Source of the DNA: an uncultured Collinsella sp.
GTDB taxonomy: Bacteria > Actinomycetota > Coriobacteriia > Coriobacteriales > Coriobacteriaceae
Length of the DNA stretch: 64,000 bases
Direction: 5' to 3'
Assembly (NCBI GenBank): GCA_905202925.1
Contig: CAJKTW010000002.1
Span: 73,294-137,293, forward strand
Shown here piece by piece: positions 1 through 8,779 of the stretch (position 1 is its first letter; each line of letters opens with the position of its first letter). The translations under genes and the position numbers were made by a program. Below the pieces are notes generated by a model. The model ran no database searches, had not been told where the DNA came from, and saw nothing but the letters and a program-made list of their open reading frames with translations.

Positions 1-727
1 TGTGCGACTTGGACAGACCGCTAAAGGTGACGCAGGGCAGATCGGGAGCGAGCGAGGCAATCGAGACGTGCTCGTAGCCGTCCATGCACAGGCGGTCGTA
101 GATCTCATCAGCAAAGATCATCAGCTGATGCCTGCGTGCAACCTCGACGATGCCCTCGAGCACCTCGCGCGGGTAGACCGAGCCCGTGGGGTTGTTGGGG
201 TTGATGATAACGAGGGCTTTGGTCGCGCTCGTGATCTTGGACTCCATATCCTCCAGGTCGGGATACCAATCCGCCTGCTCATCGCACAGATAGTGCACAG
301 GATGACCGCCGGCAAGGGTTGCGCACGCCGTCCAGAGCGGATAGTCGGGGCTGGGGATCAGAATCTCGTCGCCATTGTCGAGCAGCGCGTTCATCGAAAG
401 CTGAATGAGCTCGGACACGCCGTTGCCCGTGTAGATATGCTCCATCTGAACGTTGGGCAAGCCCTTGATCTGCGAATACTGCATGATCGCCTTGCGCGCG
501 GAGAACAGGCCACGCGAGTTGGAATAGCCTTCGCAGTCGGGCAGCTGCTGGCGCATGTCCTTGATGACCTCGTCGGGCGTGCGGAAACCGAAGGGCGCCG
601 GGTTGCCGATATTGAGCTTGAGGATGCGCTCGCCCTCGTCCTCCATACGGGCGGCCTCGTCGACGACGGGACCGCGCACGTCATACAGGACGTTATCGAG
701 CTTGGTGGATTTAGAAAAAGTACGCAT
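1..727 (-). CDS. alaA: Alanine aminotransferase-like class I/II PLP aminotransferase (AlaA/AlaC family); C-terminus lies beyond the window start
   Basis: Minus-strand translation from ATG at 727..725 gives MRTFSKSTKLDNVLYDVRGPVVDEAARMEDEGERILKLNIGNPAPFGFRTPDEV...IINPNNPTGSVY...LSKSH, which is near-colinear with E. coli AlaA. RBS AAGGAG lies 7 nt upstream. Not in the ORF track because no stop occurs inside the window; the listed 2..754 + ORF is its antisense shadow. Confidence 0.85.
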   Translation of the reverse strand, partial: MRTFSKSTKLDNVLYDVRGPVVDEAARMEDEGERILKLNIGNPAPFGFRTPDEVIKDMRQQLPDCEGYSNSRGLFSARKAIMQYSQIKGLPNVQMEHIYTGNGVSELIQLSMNALLDNGDEILIPSPDYPLWTACATLAGGHPVHYLCDEQADWYPDLEDMESKITSATKALVIINPNNPTGSVYPREVLEGIVEVARRHQLMIFADEIYDRLCMDGYEHVSIASLAPDLPCVTFSGLSKSH

Positions 728-1030
728 GGTGGTGCTCCTTGCAATTTGAGCTGAGGGATGGGGTTCGGGCTTGGAATCGTTGCGGGGTGATGATGCCTCG
801 CCTTGATCGGCGTCGCCGGCAAGCAGCCAGGTAACATCGACCTCCAAAATACGGGCGAGCAGCTCAGCCACATCGCGCCGCGGAATCGTCTTGCCGCTCA
901 CATATTGGCTCATCTGACTCTTGCCGAGTTTTTTGCCGAGCATCTCCGATGCGCGGATCACGTCCGACTGGCGAACGTCGCAATCGGACATAGCCTGTCG
1001 CAGACGATCGCTAAACGTCTCTTGGGCCAC
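728..1030 (-). CDS. XRE-family helix-turn-helix domain, in frame with and upstream of the aminotransferase (fusion or read-through)
   Basis: GTG at 1030 is preceded by GGAGGttcta. Translation VAQETFSDRLRQAMSDCDVRQSDVIRASEMLGKKLGKSQMSQYVSGKTIPRRDVAELLARILEVDVTWLLAGDADQGEASSPRNDSKPEPHPSAQIARSTT then continues without a stop into the aminotransferase ATG. Confidence 0.6.
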
Positions 1031-1050
1031 TAGAACCTCCTTGCTGGCAA

Positions 1051-1133
1051 AGTTCAATTTATACAACACGAATTGAACCTGAGTTCAATTTAGGCAGCAG
1101 TATAGCGCCGTGCTATTTCGAAAAGTTCAATTT
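1051..1133. promoter_or_regulatory. Candidate operator array: three direct copies of AGTTCAATTT plus the inverted repeat GTTCAATT-N10-AATTGAAC in the promoter region of the HTH/aminotransferase gene
   Basis: AGTTCAATTT at 1051, 1082 and 1124; AATTGAAC at 1071..1078 forms a palindrome with the copy at 1053..1060. The region is AT-rich and intergenic. Confidence 0.45.
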
Positions 1134-1193
1134 CAAAAATAAAATGAGCAAGACCTCGAGATTTATCCCAAGGCGATAACGACGTGCACGCAT

Positions 1194-2051
1194 TTAGAGG
1201 TATTCGAGGAAACGAGCGGCGGCAAGCGAAACATCGGCCGTTCGATATATGGCGTTGATCTGCCGATGGGGATGCCCTTCGAGCGGACGCACAGCAACAT
1301 CAAACTGGCAGCGACGCAAGATGAGCGCGGGAAGAATGCTCACGCCCAAGCCATCCTCGACCATAGCCATAATCGCATAGTCATCCCAAGTCGACAGTTT
1401 TGAGCGCACTGACAGCCCCGCCCGACGGAATAGCGGCGTAATCTCATCATCGGTACCCCGTTCCAGCAGAATAAACTGCTCGTTGGCTAAATCGGCAAGA
1501 GAAACGACCTCCGCCGTGGCAAGCGAGGAGTCCGCTGGCACCACGGCCATCAACTCGTCTTGCACCAACGGTCGCGACGCCATGCCGGCGCCACGTGGCT
1601 CGCGCGGAATAAAGCCCAGGTCGCAGCGGCCTTCCGCCACCCATTGCTCAATCTCGGAGTAATCACCCATCAGCAGCTCGTGATCGACATCCGGATGATC
1701 GGCGCGAAAGCGCGCAATCACCGGCGGCAGTACATGGGTCGCCACACTCGAAAACGTACCAATGCAGATCTTGCCGCGCATGAGTCCACGCATCTCATCC
1801 ACCCGTCGCTGCAAGCGAGTGAATTCCTCGCAGAGCGCCTCGACAGCCGGCATGACCTGCCTCCCGTCGGCAGAAAGAGCCACGCCCTCGCGACTGCGGT
1901 CGAGCACCTTAAAGCCCCAATCGGCCTCAAGATCGGCCACCATGCGGCTCACGCCCGATTGCGAATAGCTCAGGCGCTCGGCGGCGCGCGTAAAGCTTCC
2001 GGCGCGCACTGTCTCGAGCAGCACCTGCATCTTTTGAATATTCGTTTCCAC
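1194..2051 (-). CDS. LysR-family transcriptional regulator
   Basis: N-terminal HTH (LETVRAGSFTRAAERLSYSQSGVSRMV) followed by a LysR substrate domain. GTG start with GGAGG RBS. Divergent from the EamA transporter gene. Confidence 0.85.
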   Translation of the reverse strand: METNIQKMQVLLETVRAGSFTRAAERLSYSQSGVSRMVADLEADWGFKVLDRSREGVALSADGRQVMPAVEALCEEFTRLQRRVDEMRGLMRGKICIGTFSSVATHVLPPVIARFRADHPDVDHELLMGDYSEIEQWVAEGRCDLGFIPREPRGAGMASRPLVQDELMAVVPADSSLATAEVVSLADLANEQFILLERGTDDEITPLFRRAGLSVRSKLSTWDDYAIMAMVEDGLGVSILPALILRRCQFDVAVRPLEGHPHRQINAIYRTADVSLAAARFLEYL

Positions 2052-2169
2052 AGCAGGCCTCCACCTTTACATGAGTTTTTTTCATGTTATCCATGCATTA
2101 TATTCGCTTTTCTTCTAAAGCCAGTTCACCCATAGTGAACATGCTCGGATATAGAGGGGATGTCAGCAC

Positions 2170-3081
2170 ATGAACAACGGACTGTTTACGTACTTAGCAG
2201 CATTGCTATTGTTTGGCTCCAACGGCATCATCGCCGCTGCCATCGCGCTGCCGAGCTCCGATATCGTACTGTTGCGCACGTTTTTGGGCGCTCTCACCCT
2301 TGCCGCCATCCTCTTCATAACCAAGCGCCATAACCTGCAGGCGCCATCTCGCCCCCGCGAGGCCGCAGCGCTCATCGTCTCGGGCGCCGCGCTGGGCGCC
2401 AGCTGGATTTTCCTGTTCCGCGCCTATCAGACGATCGGCGTTGGCATCTCCTCGCTGTTGTATTACTGCGGCCCCATCATCGTTATGGCCCTCTCCCCGC
2501 TCATTTTTGGCGAAAAGCTGACCGGCGGCAAAATCGCCGGGTTTATCGCCGTTGCCTGCGGCGCCTTTCTCATTGCGGCGCAAGGTCTAGGCGGCAATAT
2601 GCCCATTGCGGGTATCGCTTGCGGCATCGCCTCGGCCTTCTGCTACGCGTTGATGGTCATCGCTAGCAAGGGTGCGCCACACGTCGAAGGCCTCGAAAAC
2701 TCCGCGCTCCAGGTGAGCGCCGCCTTTATGACCGCGCTGGTCCTTACGCTCCTCACACAGGGCGCTCCCTCGTTCCTCTCCCCCAGCATTGCCGCCGGCA
2801 TCGATTGGCGCGCCGTCGCCATGCTCAGCGTCGTCAACACCGGCATCGGTTGCCTGCTCTACTTTAGTGCTGTCGCCAAGCTGCCCGTGCAGACCGTCGC
2901 GGTTGTCGGCTACCTCGAGCCGCTTTCGGCAGTCGTGTTCTCCGCCGTCCTTTTAGGCGAAGCCATAACACCGGTCCGCCTGATGGGCGCCGCGCTTATC
3001 ATCGGCGGCGCGATCTTTTGCGAGCTCGCCGGCAAGCGTGCAAGCACCAAGGCCGGTATCGCCCAAGCGGCACGCGTTTAA
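2170..3081 (+). CDS. EamA/DMT-superfamily transporter
   Basis: Ten-TM hydrophobic protein with duplicated EamA-like halves. Divergently paired with the LysR regulator. Confidence 0.8.
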   Translation: MNNGLFTYLAALLLFGSNGIIAAAIALPSSDIVLLRTFLGALTLAAILFITKRHNLQAPSRPREAAALIVSGAALGASWIFLFRAYQTIGVGISSLLYYCGPIIVMALSPLIFGEKLTGGKIAGFIAVACGAFLIAAQGLGGNMPIAGIACGIASAFCYALMVIASKGAPHVEGLENSALQVSAAFMTALVLTLLTQGAPSFLSPSIAAGIDWRAVAMLSVVNTGIGCLLYFSAVAKLPVQTVAVVGYLEPLSAVVFSAVLLGEAITPVRLMGAALIIGGAIFCELAGKRASTKAGIAQAARV

Positions 3082-3115
3082 TAACCCTCGCTTTGAAATG
3101 CTACCTGCGTACATG

Positions 3116-3139
3116 AATAATCCCCAGATGGGGATTATT
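3116..3139. terminator. Perfect hairpin AATAATCCCC-agat-GGGGATTATT downstream of the EamA gene (terminator or protein-binding palindrome)
   Basis: 10 bp perfect inverted repeat, read directly. Confidence 0.4.
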
Positions 3140-3194
3140 GTCTAAAACACCCCGATGTGCCAAACTGCTCTTATATGTATAAAGATGGCATAAA

Positions 3195-3219
3195 GGTTAT
3201 CTGCCCTAGACAGATAACC
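3195..3219. promoter_or_regulatory. Perfect 9 bp inverted repeat GGTTATCTG-N7-CAGATAACC abutting the kup start (candidate operator)
   Basis: Palindrome lies immediately 5' of the kup initiation region. Confidence 0.35.
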
Positions 3220-3221
3220 GG

Positions 3222-5468
3222 ATGTCTAAGGGAGTCCACGTGGCACACAACAAACTGGAGGCAAACCTCCAAGACCAGCACGGACAAAGCGGGCATGGAG
3301 CCATTCCCCTTTCTGCTGGTATGTTGCTCGTAACGCTCGGTGTCGTCTATGGCGACATCGGCACGAGCCCTATGTACACCATGAAATCAATCGTTGCCAA
3401 CAACGGCGGCATCGGTACCGTCAGCGAGGACATGATCCTGGGCGCGCTTTCGCTCGTCATCTGGACCATGACGCTCGTGACCACGGTCAAGTACGTGGTA
3501 ATCGCCATGAAGGCCGATAACCATAACGAAGGCGGCATCTTCGCCCTGTTCAGCCTCGTACGCAAGGTGGCTCCGTGGCTGATTCTCCCCGCAATGATCG
3601 GCGGCGCAGCGCTGCTCGCCGACGGCATCCTCACCCCCGCCGTCACGGTTACCACGGCCATCGAGGGCCTGCGCACCATCGAATGGGGCCACGCGCTGCT
3701 GGGCGACGGCCAGACCAATGTAATCATCATCACAATCATCATTATCTGTGGTCTGTTTGCCATGCAGCGCGCCGGTACCTCGTCAATCGGCAAGCTCTTC
3801 GGCCCGCTCATGACGCTGTGGTTCCTGTTCCTGGCAGGCGCCGGTCTGTTCAACATGCTCGGCAACCTGTCCATCTTGCGCGCGCTCAACCCCATCCGCG
3901 GCATTATGTTCCTGTTCTCGCCCATCAACCATTCGGGCATTATGGTGCTCGGCTTTGTCTTCCTGTCGACAACCGGTGCCGAGGCACTCTACTCGGACAT
4001 GGGCCACGTGGGCAAGGCAAACATCTATGCATCCTGGCCATTTGTTAAGGCGGCCCTTATCCTCAACTATCTGGGTCAGGGAGCTTGGCTACTCGCCAAT
4101 AACTCCAACCCACAAATGCTCGCGATGGATATCGTCAACCCGTTCTATATGATGCTCCCCGAGCCCCTACGCCCCTTTGCCATCGTGCTTTCGGCCGTGG
4201 CGGCCATCATCGCCTCACAGGCGCTCATCACCGGCTCGTTCTCGCTGGTATCCGAGGCAACGCGCCTCAACCTTATGCCGCACCTGCGCATCCACTACCC
4301 CAGCGACACCAAGGGCCAGCTCTATATTCCACTCGTCAACAACATCATGTGGGTCGGCTGCATCTTCATTGTGCTGCTGTTCCAGAACTCCGAGCGCATG
4401 GAGAGCGCCTACGGCCTCGCCATTACCGTGACCATGCTTATGACCACCACGCTGCTGACGAGCTATATCGCCGGCATCCTCAAGCACAAGCTGGGCGCCT
4501 GCGTCTTCGCCCTGCTCTTCGGTGCCATTGAGCTGTGCTTCTTCGCCTCGTGCCTCACCATGTTCTTTGACGGCGGCTACGTAATGATCTTCTTGGCCTC
4601 GCTGCTGTTTGGCCTTATGTACGTGTGGCGCCGCGGCACCGCCATCGAGCGCACGCAGACGATCCTGCTGCCCGTCTCCAAGTACATTGACCAGCTCAAC
4701 CGCCTGCGCAACGACGAGACCTACCCCGTGCTCGCCGACAATCTGGTGTTCCTCACCAACAGCCCCGATCCGCTCACGCTCGACCGCGACGTGCTCTATT
4801 CCATCCTGGACAAACATCCCAAGCGCGCCAAGGCATACTGGTTCATCAACGTGCACGTTACCGATGAACCCTATACGCACGAGTATTCCGTCGAGACCTT
4901 TGGCACGGACTTTTTGTTCCGCGTGCGCCTGGACTTGGGCTTTAAGGTCAACCAGCGCGTTAATGCCTACCTGCGCCAAATCGTTGGCGACTTGATGGCA
5001 TCGGGTGAGCTGCCGCCGCAGCATCACACCTACTCTATCTACGAGACACGCGGCAACGTGGGCGACTTCCGCTTTTGCATGCTGCGCAAGATGCTTGCCC
5101 CCGAAACGGACATCAACCGCAACGACCATCGCGTCATGGCCATCAAGTACGCCGTCCGCCGCGCCTGCGGAAGCCCGGCACGCTGGTACGGTCTCGAGAA
5201 CTCGGCCATCATCATTGAGTACGTACCGCTCTTTGCCCGCATGCGCCCGGCCGTCAAACTTGTGCGCACCCAGGTGCCGCTCGAGGTTCAGATCGAAGAG
5301 GCCGAGGAAATGGAGGTCGACATCTTCTCGGACGACTTGGTCAACGGCAACGAGGCCGGCAAGAGCATGAACGTCGATCCCACCGAGCTGCTCGAGAGCG
5401 TCGCCGATACGCCCGAACAGCAACTCGACGGACTCGAGAGCACCCAGTTCAACGACGCCAACTTCTAA
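3222..5468 (+). CDS. kup: KUP/HAK/KT potassium uptake transporter Kup (true start may be GTG at 3240 after RBS AAGGGAG)
   Basis: Hallmark GVVYGDIGTSPMY motif and 12 TM segments; long acidic C-terminal tail. Confidence 0.9.
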   Translation: MSKGVHVAHNKLEANLQDQHGQSGHGAIPLSAGMLLVTLGVVYGDIGTSPMYTMKSIVANNGGIGTVSEDMILGALSLVIWTMTLVTTVKYVVIAMKADNHNEGGIFALFSLVRKVAPWLILPAMIGGAALLADGILTPAVTVTTAIEGLRTIEWGHALLGDGQTNVIIITIIIICGLFAMQRAGTSSIGKLFGPLMTLWFLFLAGAGLFNMLGNLSILRALNPIRGIMFLFSPINHSGIMVLGFVFLSTTGAEALYSDMGHVGKANIYASWPFVKAALILNYLGQGAWLLANNSNPQMLAMDIVNPFYMMLPEPLRPFAIVLSAVAAIIASQALITGSFSLVSEATRLNLMPHLRIHYPSDTKGQLYIPLVNNIMWVGCIFIVLLFQNSERMESAYGLAITVTMLMTTTLLTSYIAGILKHKLGACVFALLFGAIELCFFASCLTMFFDGGYVMIFLASLLFGLMYVWRRGTAIERTQTILLPVSKYIDQLNRLRNDETYPVLADNLVFLTNSPDPLTLDRDVLYSILDKHPKRAKAYWFINVHVTDEPYTHEYSVETFGTDFLFRVRLDLGFKVNQRVNAYLRQIVGDLMASGELPPQHHTYSIYETRGNVGDFRFCMLRKMLAPETDINRNDHRVMAIKYAVRRACGSPARWYGLENSAIIIEYVPLFARMRPAVKLVRTQVPLEVQIEEAEEMEVDIFSDDLVNGNEAGKSMNVDPTELLESVADTPEQQLDGLESTQFNDANF

Positions 5469-5491
5469 CACGCCACCAGCCATTGACGACA

Positions 5492-5533
5492 ACGGCCTCG
5501 CATCTCATAAGAGGTGCGAGGCCGTTTTATGTC
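5492..5533. terminator. Bidirectional rho-independent terminator between convergent kup and bile salt hydrolase genes
   Basis: AACGGCCTCGCA...TGCGAGGCCGTTTT hairpin followed by a T-run. Confidence 0.6.
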
Positions 5534-5549
5534 GCAACGGACCAGTGGG

Positions 5550-6515
5550 CTACGAACGACGCGGCTCGGGAACCACGAGCCTATCGGGGCTCGCGCCCTC
5601 GGCATCCATCAGGCTCACGTAACGAATCGACGGATCCCCATACATCGCGTAGTAATAATTGCCCGTGCGCGCGCTAAAGCATCCGGTATAGATAGTCTTC
5701 TCGAACTTGCCATCGCCCATCCTGGACGCCCCCTCAATCATCACCACGCCCTCGAGCGAGCGGAACATGCGAACGACGTTTTCGGTCTCGCTCTCCTTTT
5801 GCGGGTAATTGGCATTGAGGTACGCCGCCTTTACAAAACGGCTCGGCGAATAGCAATCGCCCGGAATGCCGCGCATGCCGGCACCGGCTCCATAGGGCTT
5901 AAGCTCGGCGCCACGCCATGTCGCCGTCTGCGGAAAATCGCTTGTGGCGGTGATATAGGTGCGCAGGTTTTCCATGTGCCACGGGAAGGTCGGCTGGTTG
6001 GCAAGGGTGTCGACCGGATCGTCGTATACATGCAGGCCGTCAGCCATCATCTCGACCACGATGCTGCGCTGGCTGTCGCCGATAATCCAATGGAGCAGCG
6101 ACACGCCCAGCCCCTCTCCGGCAGATTTGGCGACAATCACCGTGTCGCGCAGCGCGGCCTCGACCTCATCGACCGTCGAGAACGTCGCTGCCACCCACAG
6201 GGGAAACTCATAGGCCGCGATATTGTTCTTGCCGTCGACAGGGCCCTCGGCATACTCGGCATAGCCGGGAAAGTTGAGCCCCGCCACAGCCAGACCCGCA
6301 TCGTTACCACAGTCGAAAAACATGGGATAGTTCTTGTAATCGATGCACATGCCGATTACCGCGTGTGCCGCCGACGCATCGTCGATAAACGAATACGGAA
6401 TGTGGAACCCGCGCGGCATCACGCGAACCTGTTGGCCGTAGTCAAAGCTCCAGTCGAGGTTGCGGCCCAGATACATGTGGCCAGAATTATCGGTAAATCG
6501 AATGCTCGTGCACAT
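5550..6515 (-). CDS. cbh: Choloylglycine hydrolase / bile salt hydrolase (Ntn-hydrolase; Cys2 nucleophile)
   Basis: Protein begins MCTSIRFTDNSGHMYLGRNLDWS after RBS AGGAGG. The ORF track's upstream extension to 6674 is not supported. Family motifs run throughout. Confidence 0.85.
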   Translation of the reverse strand: MCTSIRFTDNSGHMYLGRNLDWSFDYGQQVRVMPRGFHIPYSFIDDASAAHAVIGMCIDYKNYPMFFDCGNDAGLAVAGLNFPGYAEYAEGPVDGKNNIAAYEFPLWVAATFSTVDEVEAALRDTVIVAKSAGEGLGVSLLHWIIGDSQRSIVVEMMADGLHVYDDPVDTLANQPTFPWHMENLRTYITATSDFPQTATWRGAELKPYGAGAGMRGIPGDCYSPSRFVKAAYLNANYPQKESETENVVRMFRSLEGVVMIEGASRMGDGKFEKTIYTGCFSARTGNYYYAMYGDPSIRYVSLMDAEGASPDRLVVPEPRRS

Positions 6516-6565
6516 AGCGCCTCCTAGCTCAATATTCTTACTAAGGTCATTGTCACCAAACAAAG

Positions 6566-6614
6566 GAGCGCTAAACAAAAAGTCCGGACATGACAACAAT
6601 GTCATACCCGGACT
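6566..6614 (-). terminator. Rho-independent terminator of the deformylase-like gene
   Basis: AGTCCGGGTATGACAttgtTGTCATGTCCGGACT hairpin followed by TTTTTGTTT on the minus strand. Confidence 0.6.
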
Positions 6615-6645
6615 AAAAACGACGAGGTGCGGTGCTTTGGTCCCC

Positions 6646-7077
6646 TTAGACCAACTTTCCAAGACAGTGATCAATCATGTGCTGGATCATTTGCGCCTCA
6701 AAGCCTGCGTAATCGCGGCGGCACTCCTTCATCTTGCCGTCGACGATCTGGTCAAAGGCAACCTTGCACTTGATGTAGCGCGTGGACTTGGTGATCTCGT
6801 CGTGCGTCAGGCAGCTCTCCTCCATCTTGCTGGCGCCCAGGCCAAACACCAGACGAGGGTTGTAGAGCACGTGGGGCTCGCCGGCGTCGTCCAGGTAGAC
6901 GCAGACCTTCTTGGTAACGCCGATCTGGTTGGCGGCAAGGCAGCCGGCATCGTCGAGCGACTTGATGGTATCGATCAGGTCCTGAGCAACCGACTCGTCC
7001 TCGACGGTCGCAACCTCGCAACGCTGGGACAGGATAGCCTCGTCGTGGCAGAGCTCTTTAATCATACGTTCCTCCAT
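6646..7077 (-). CDS. Peptide deformylase-like protein (divergent PDF paralog, probably non-catalytic)
   Basis: PDF fold motifs are present but altered: AGCLAANQ for GIGLAAPQ, EESCLT for EGCLS, and QHMIDH for QHEMDH. The catalytic Glu is Met. Confidence 0.7.
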   Translation of the reverse strand: MEERMIKELCHDEAILSQRCEVATVEDESVAQDLIDTIKSLDDAGCLAANQIGVTKKVCVYLDDAGEPHVLYNPRLVFGLGASKMEESCLTHDEITKSTRYIKCKVAFDQIVDGKMKECRRDYAGFEAQMIQHMIDHCLGKLV

Positions 7078-7258
7078 AGGGGTCGTTGTAACCGCTTAAG
7101 TATACGGTACCTACACATTTTCATGCGAATAATACCGTCCGTCTGCTACAAAGCGCCGAACTTCAACACGCGAGGAACATCAACCTTTCAAAGGCGATAT
7201 AGTAGGTGAGTTCGTGTCAATCGGCCTAAACTCGGGGCCGAACAAGGAAAGGGTATGC

Positions 7259-8572
7259 ATGGACGAACTATTTCACGTCAGTGAGCGCAAGTCCACAATC
7301 GGGACCGAACTTCGCGCTGGACTGACAACATTCCTGGCGATGGCCTACATCATCGCCGTCAACCCCGCAGTGCTCTCGGGCGCTGGCATCGATGCGGGAG
7401 CGCTCGCCTGCGCCACCTGCCTGGGCGCCGGCATCATGACCATCTGCATGGGCATCTTCGCCAACCGCCCGCTCGCCTGCGCGTCGGGCCTGGGCATCAA
7501 CGCCATGATCGCGGGCATCACCACCACCATGTGCGGCGGTGACTGGCACGTTGCCATGAGCGTTATCTTCCTCGAAGGTATCGTCATCTTGCTGCTCGTC
7601 CTTTGCGGCCTGCGCGAGGCCATCATGGATGCCATCCCCGTGGTCCTGCGCCACGCCATCTCGGTGGGTCTGGGCCTGTTTATCGCCATGATCGGCCTGT
7701 GCGACGCCGGCATCATCACCGCTGGCGCCGGTACGCTCGTCGGCTTGGGCGACATCACCTCCCCCACCTTTATCGTCGGCATCATCTCCATCGTCGTGAC
7801 GGTTGCCCTGGCTTCCCGCAACGTGCCGGGCTCGCTGCTCATCGGCATCATCGTTGCCGTTATCGCCGGTATCCCGCTGGGCGTCACCCATGCGCCCGAG
7901 GGCCTCATCGCACCGCTCGACTTCTCGACCTTTGGCGCCCCGTTTGCCAGCACCGCCGATGGCAACATGGCCATCGTGAAGGTTCTGACCGACCCGATGC
8001 TGCTCGTCGTTGCCTTCTCGCTGCTCATGAGTGACTTCTTCGACACCATGGGCACCGCGATGGCCGTCGCCAAGCAGGGCGAGTTCTTGACCGAGGACGG
8101 CAATGTCGAGGACATCCGTCCCATCCTGGTCGTCGACTCCGTGGCCGCTGCTGCCGGTGGCTTTATGGGCGTCTCCTCCATCACTACCTTCGTCGAGTCC
8201 ACCTCTGGCGCTGCCGACGGTGGCCGCACGGGCCTCACCTCTGTCACCACCGGCGTGCTGTTCATTCTCGCCGCGTTCTTCTCCCCCATCGTCACCATCG
8301 TTTCCAGCGCCGCCACCTGCGGTGCTCTGGTCTACGTCGGTTACCTCATGATGAGCGAGGCCTCCGAGATCGACTGGTCCGACGTGTCGCAGGGTTTCCC
8401 GGCGTTCATGATTGTCGCCGGCGTGCCCTTCACTTACTCCATCTCTGCCGGCATTGGCCTGGGCTTTATCGCCTACGTGATCGTCGCGCTCTTTAAGGGC
8501 GAGGCCTCCAAGATCAAGCCGCTCATGTGGATCGCAGCCCTCGCCTTCCTCGTCTACTTCTTTGTAGCGTAG
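7259..8572 (+). CDS. NCS2-family purine (adenine/guanine/hypoxanthine) permease, AzgA/PbuG-like
   Basis: TIGTELRAGLTTFLAMAYIIAVNP signature. Start ATG at 7259 after AAGGAAAGGG; the track start 7214 lacks an RBS. Confidence 0.8.
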   Translation: MDELFHVSERKSTIGTELRAGLTTFLAMAYIIAVNPAVLSGAGIDAGALACATCLGAGIMTICMGIFANRPLACASGLGINAMIAGITTTMCGGDWHVAMSVIFLEGIVILLLVLCGLREAIMDAIPVVLRHAISVGLGLFIAMIGLCDAGIITAGAGTLVGLGDITSPTFIVGIISIVVTVALASRNVPGSLLIGIIVAVIAGIPLGVTHAPEGLIAPLDFSTFGAPFASTADGNMAIVKVLTDPMLLVVAFSLLMSDFFDTMGTAMAVAKQGEFLTEDGNVEDIRPILVVDSVAAAAGGFMGVSSITTFVESTSGAADGGRTGLTSVTTGVLFILAAFFSPIVTIVSSAATCGALVYVGYLMMSEASEIDWSDVSQGFPAFMIVAGVPFTYSISAGIGLGFIAYVIVALFKGEASKIKPLMWIAALAFLVYFFVA

Positions 8573-8597
8573 GCGCAAGATTCGCAATACCAAACAG

Positions 8598-8640
8598 CAA
8601 AGCGCGGAGTCGCATCGAGCGGCTCCGCGCTTTGCTTTTA
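8598..8640 (+). terminator. Rho-independent terminator after the permease gene
   Basis: GCGCGGAGtcgcatcgagcggCTCCGCGC followed by TTTGCTTTT. Confidence 0.7.
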
Positions 8641-8779
8641 AAGCCAAGCACCACACGGACGCGCGATGTATTGCTTCGCAAGTTTTGGACGTTTTGCTCT
8701 CCAAACGGCACTACCGACGGCTACATCCTGCAGATATGCTGGATATAACCGCATAGGCCCTATGAGGATGGGAGTAACC

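Noticed and set aside
2-754. 250 aa + strand ORF at the window start
   Set aside because: Antisense shadow of the minus-strand AlaA-like aminotransferase, which has strong homology and an RBS; its low-complexity Arg/Val/Gly composition is typical of GC-rich antisense frames.
3082-3221. c-di-AMP (ydaO/kimA-type) riboswitch upstream of kup
   Set aside because: The region is only about 140 nt and consists of two simple perfect palindromes; it lacks the pseudo-twofold architecture and ACGGGGA/CCCGU-type conserved segments.
7078-7258. Purine (guanine/adenine) riboswitch upstream of the purine permease
   Set aside because: Searched for the UAUA…GAUAUGG…GUUUCUACC…CCGUAAAU core; none of the junction motifs are present, only a generic hairpin CGGCCtaaactcgGGCCG.
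7268-8704. 478 aa and 323 aa minus-strand ORFs overlapping the NCS2 permease gene
   Set aside because: Gly/Asp/Arg/His-rich and Ala/Ser/Met-rich low-complexity translations of the antisense strand of a high-GC membrane protein gene; no RBS; the + strand gene has clear family motifs.
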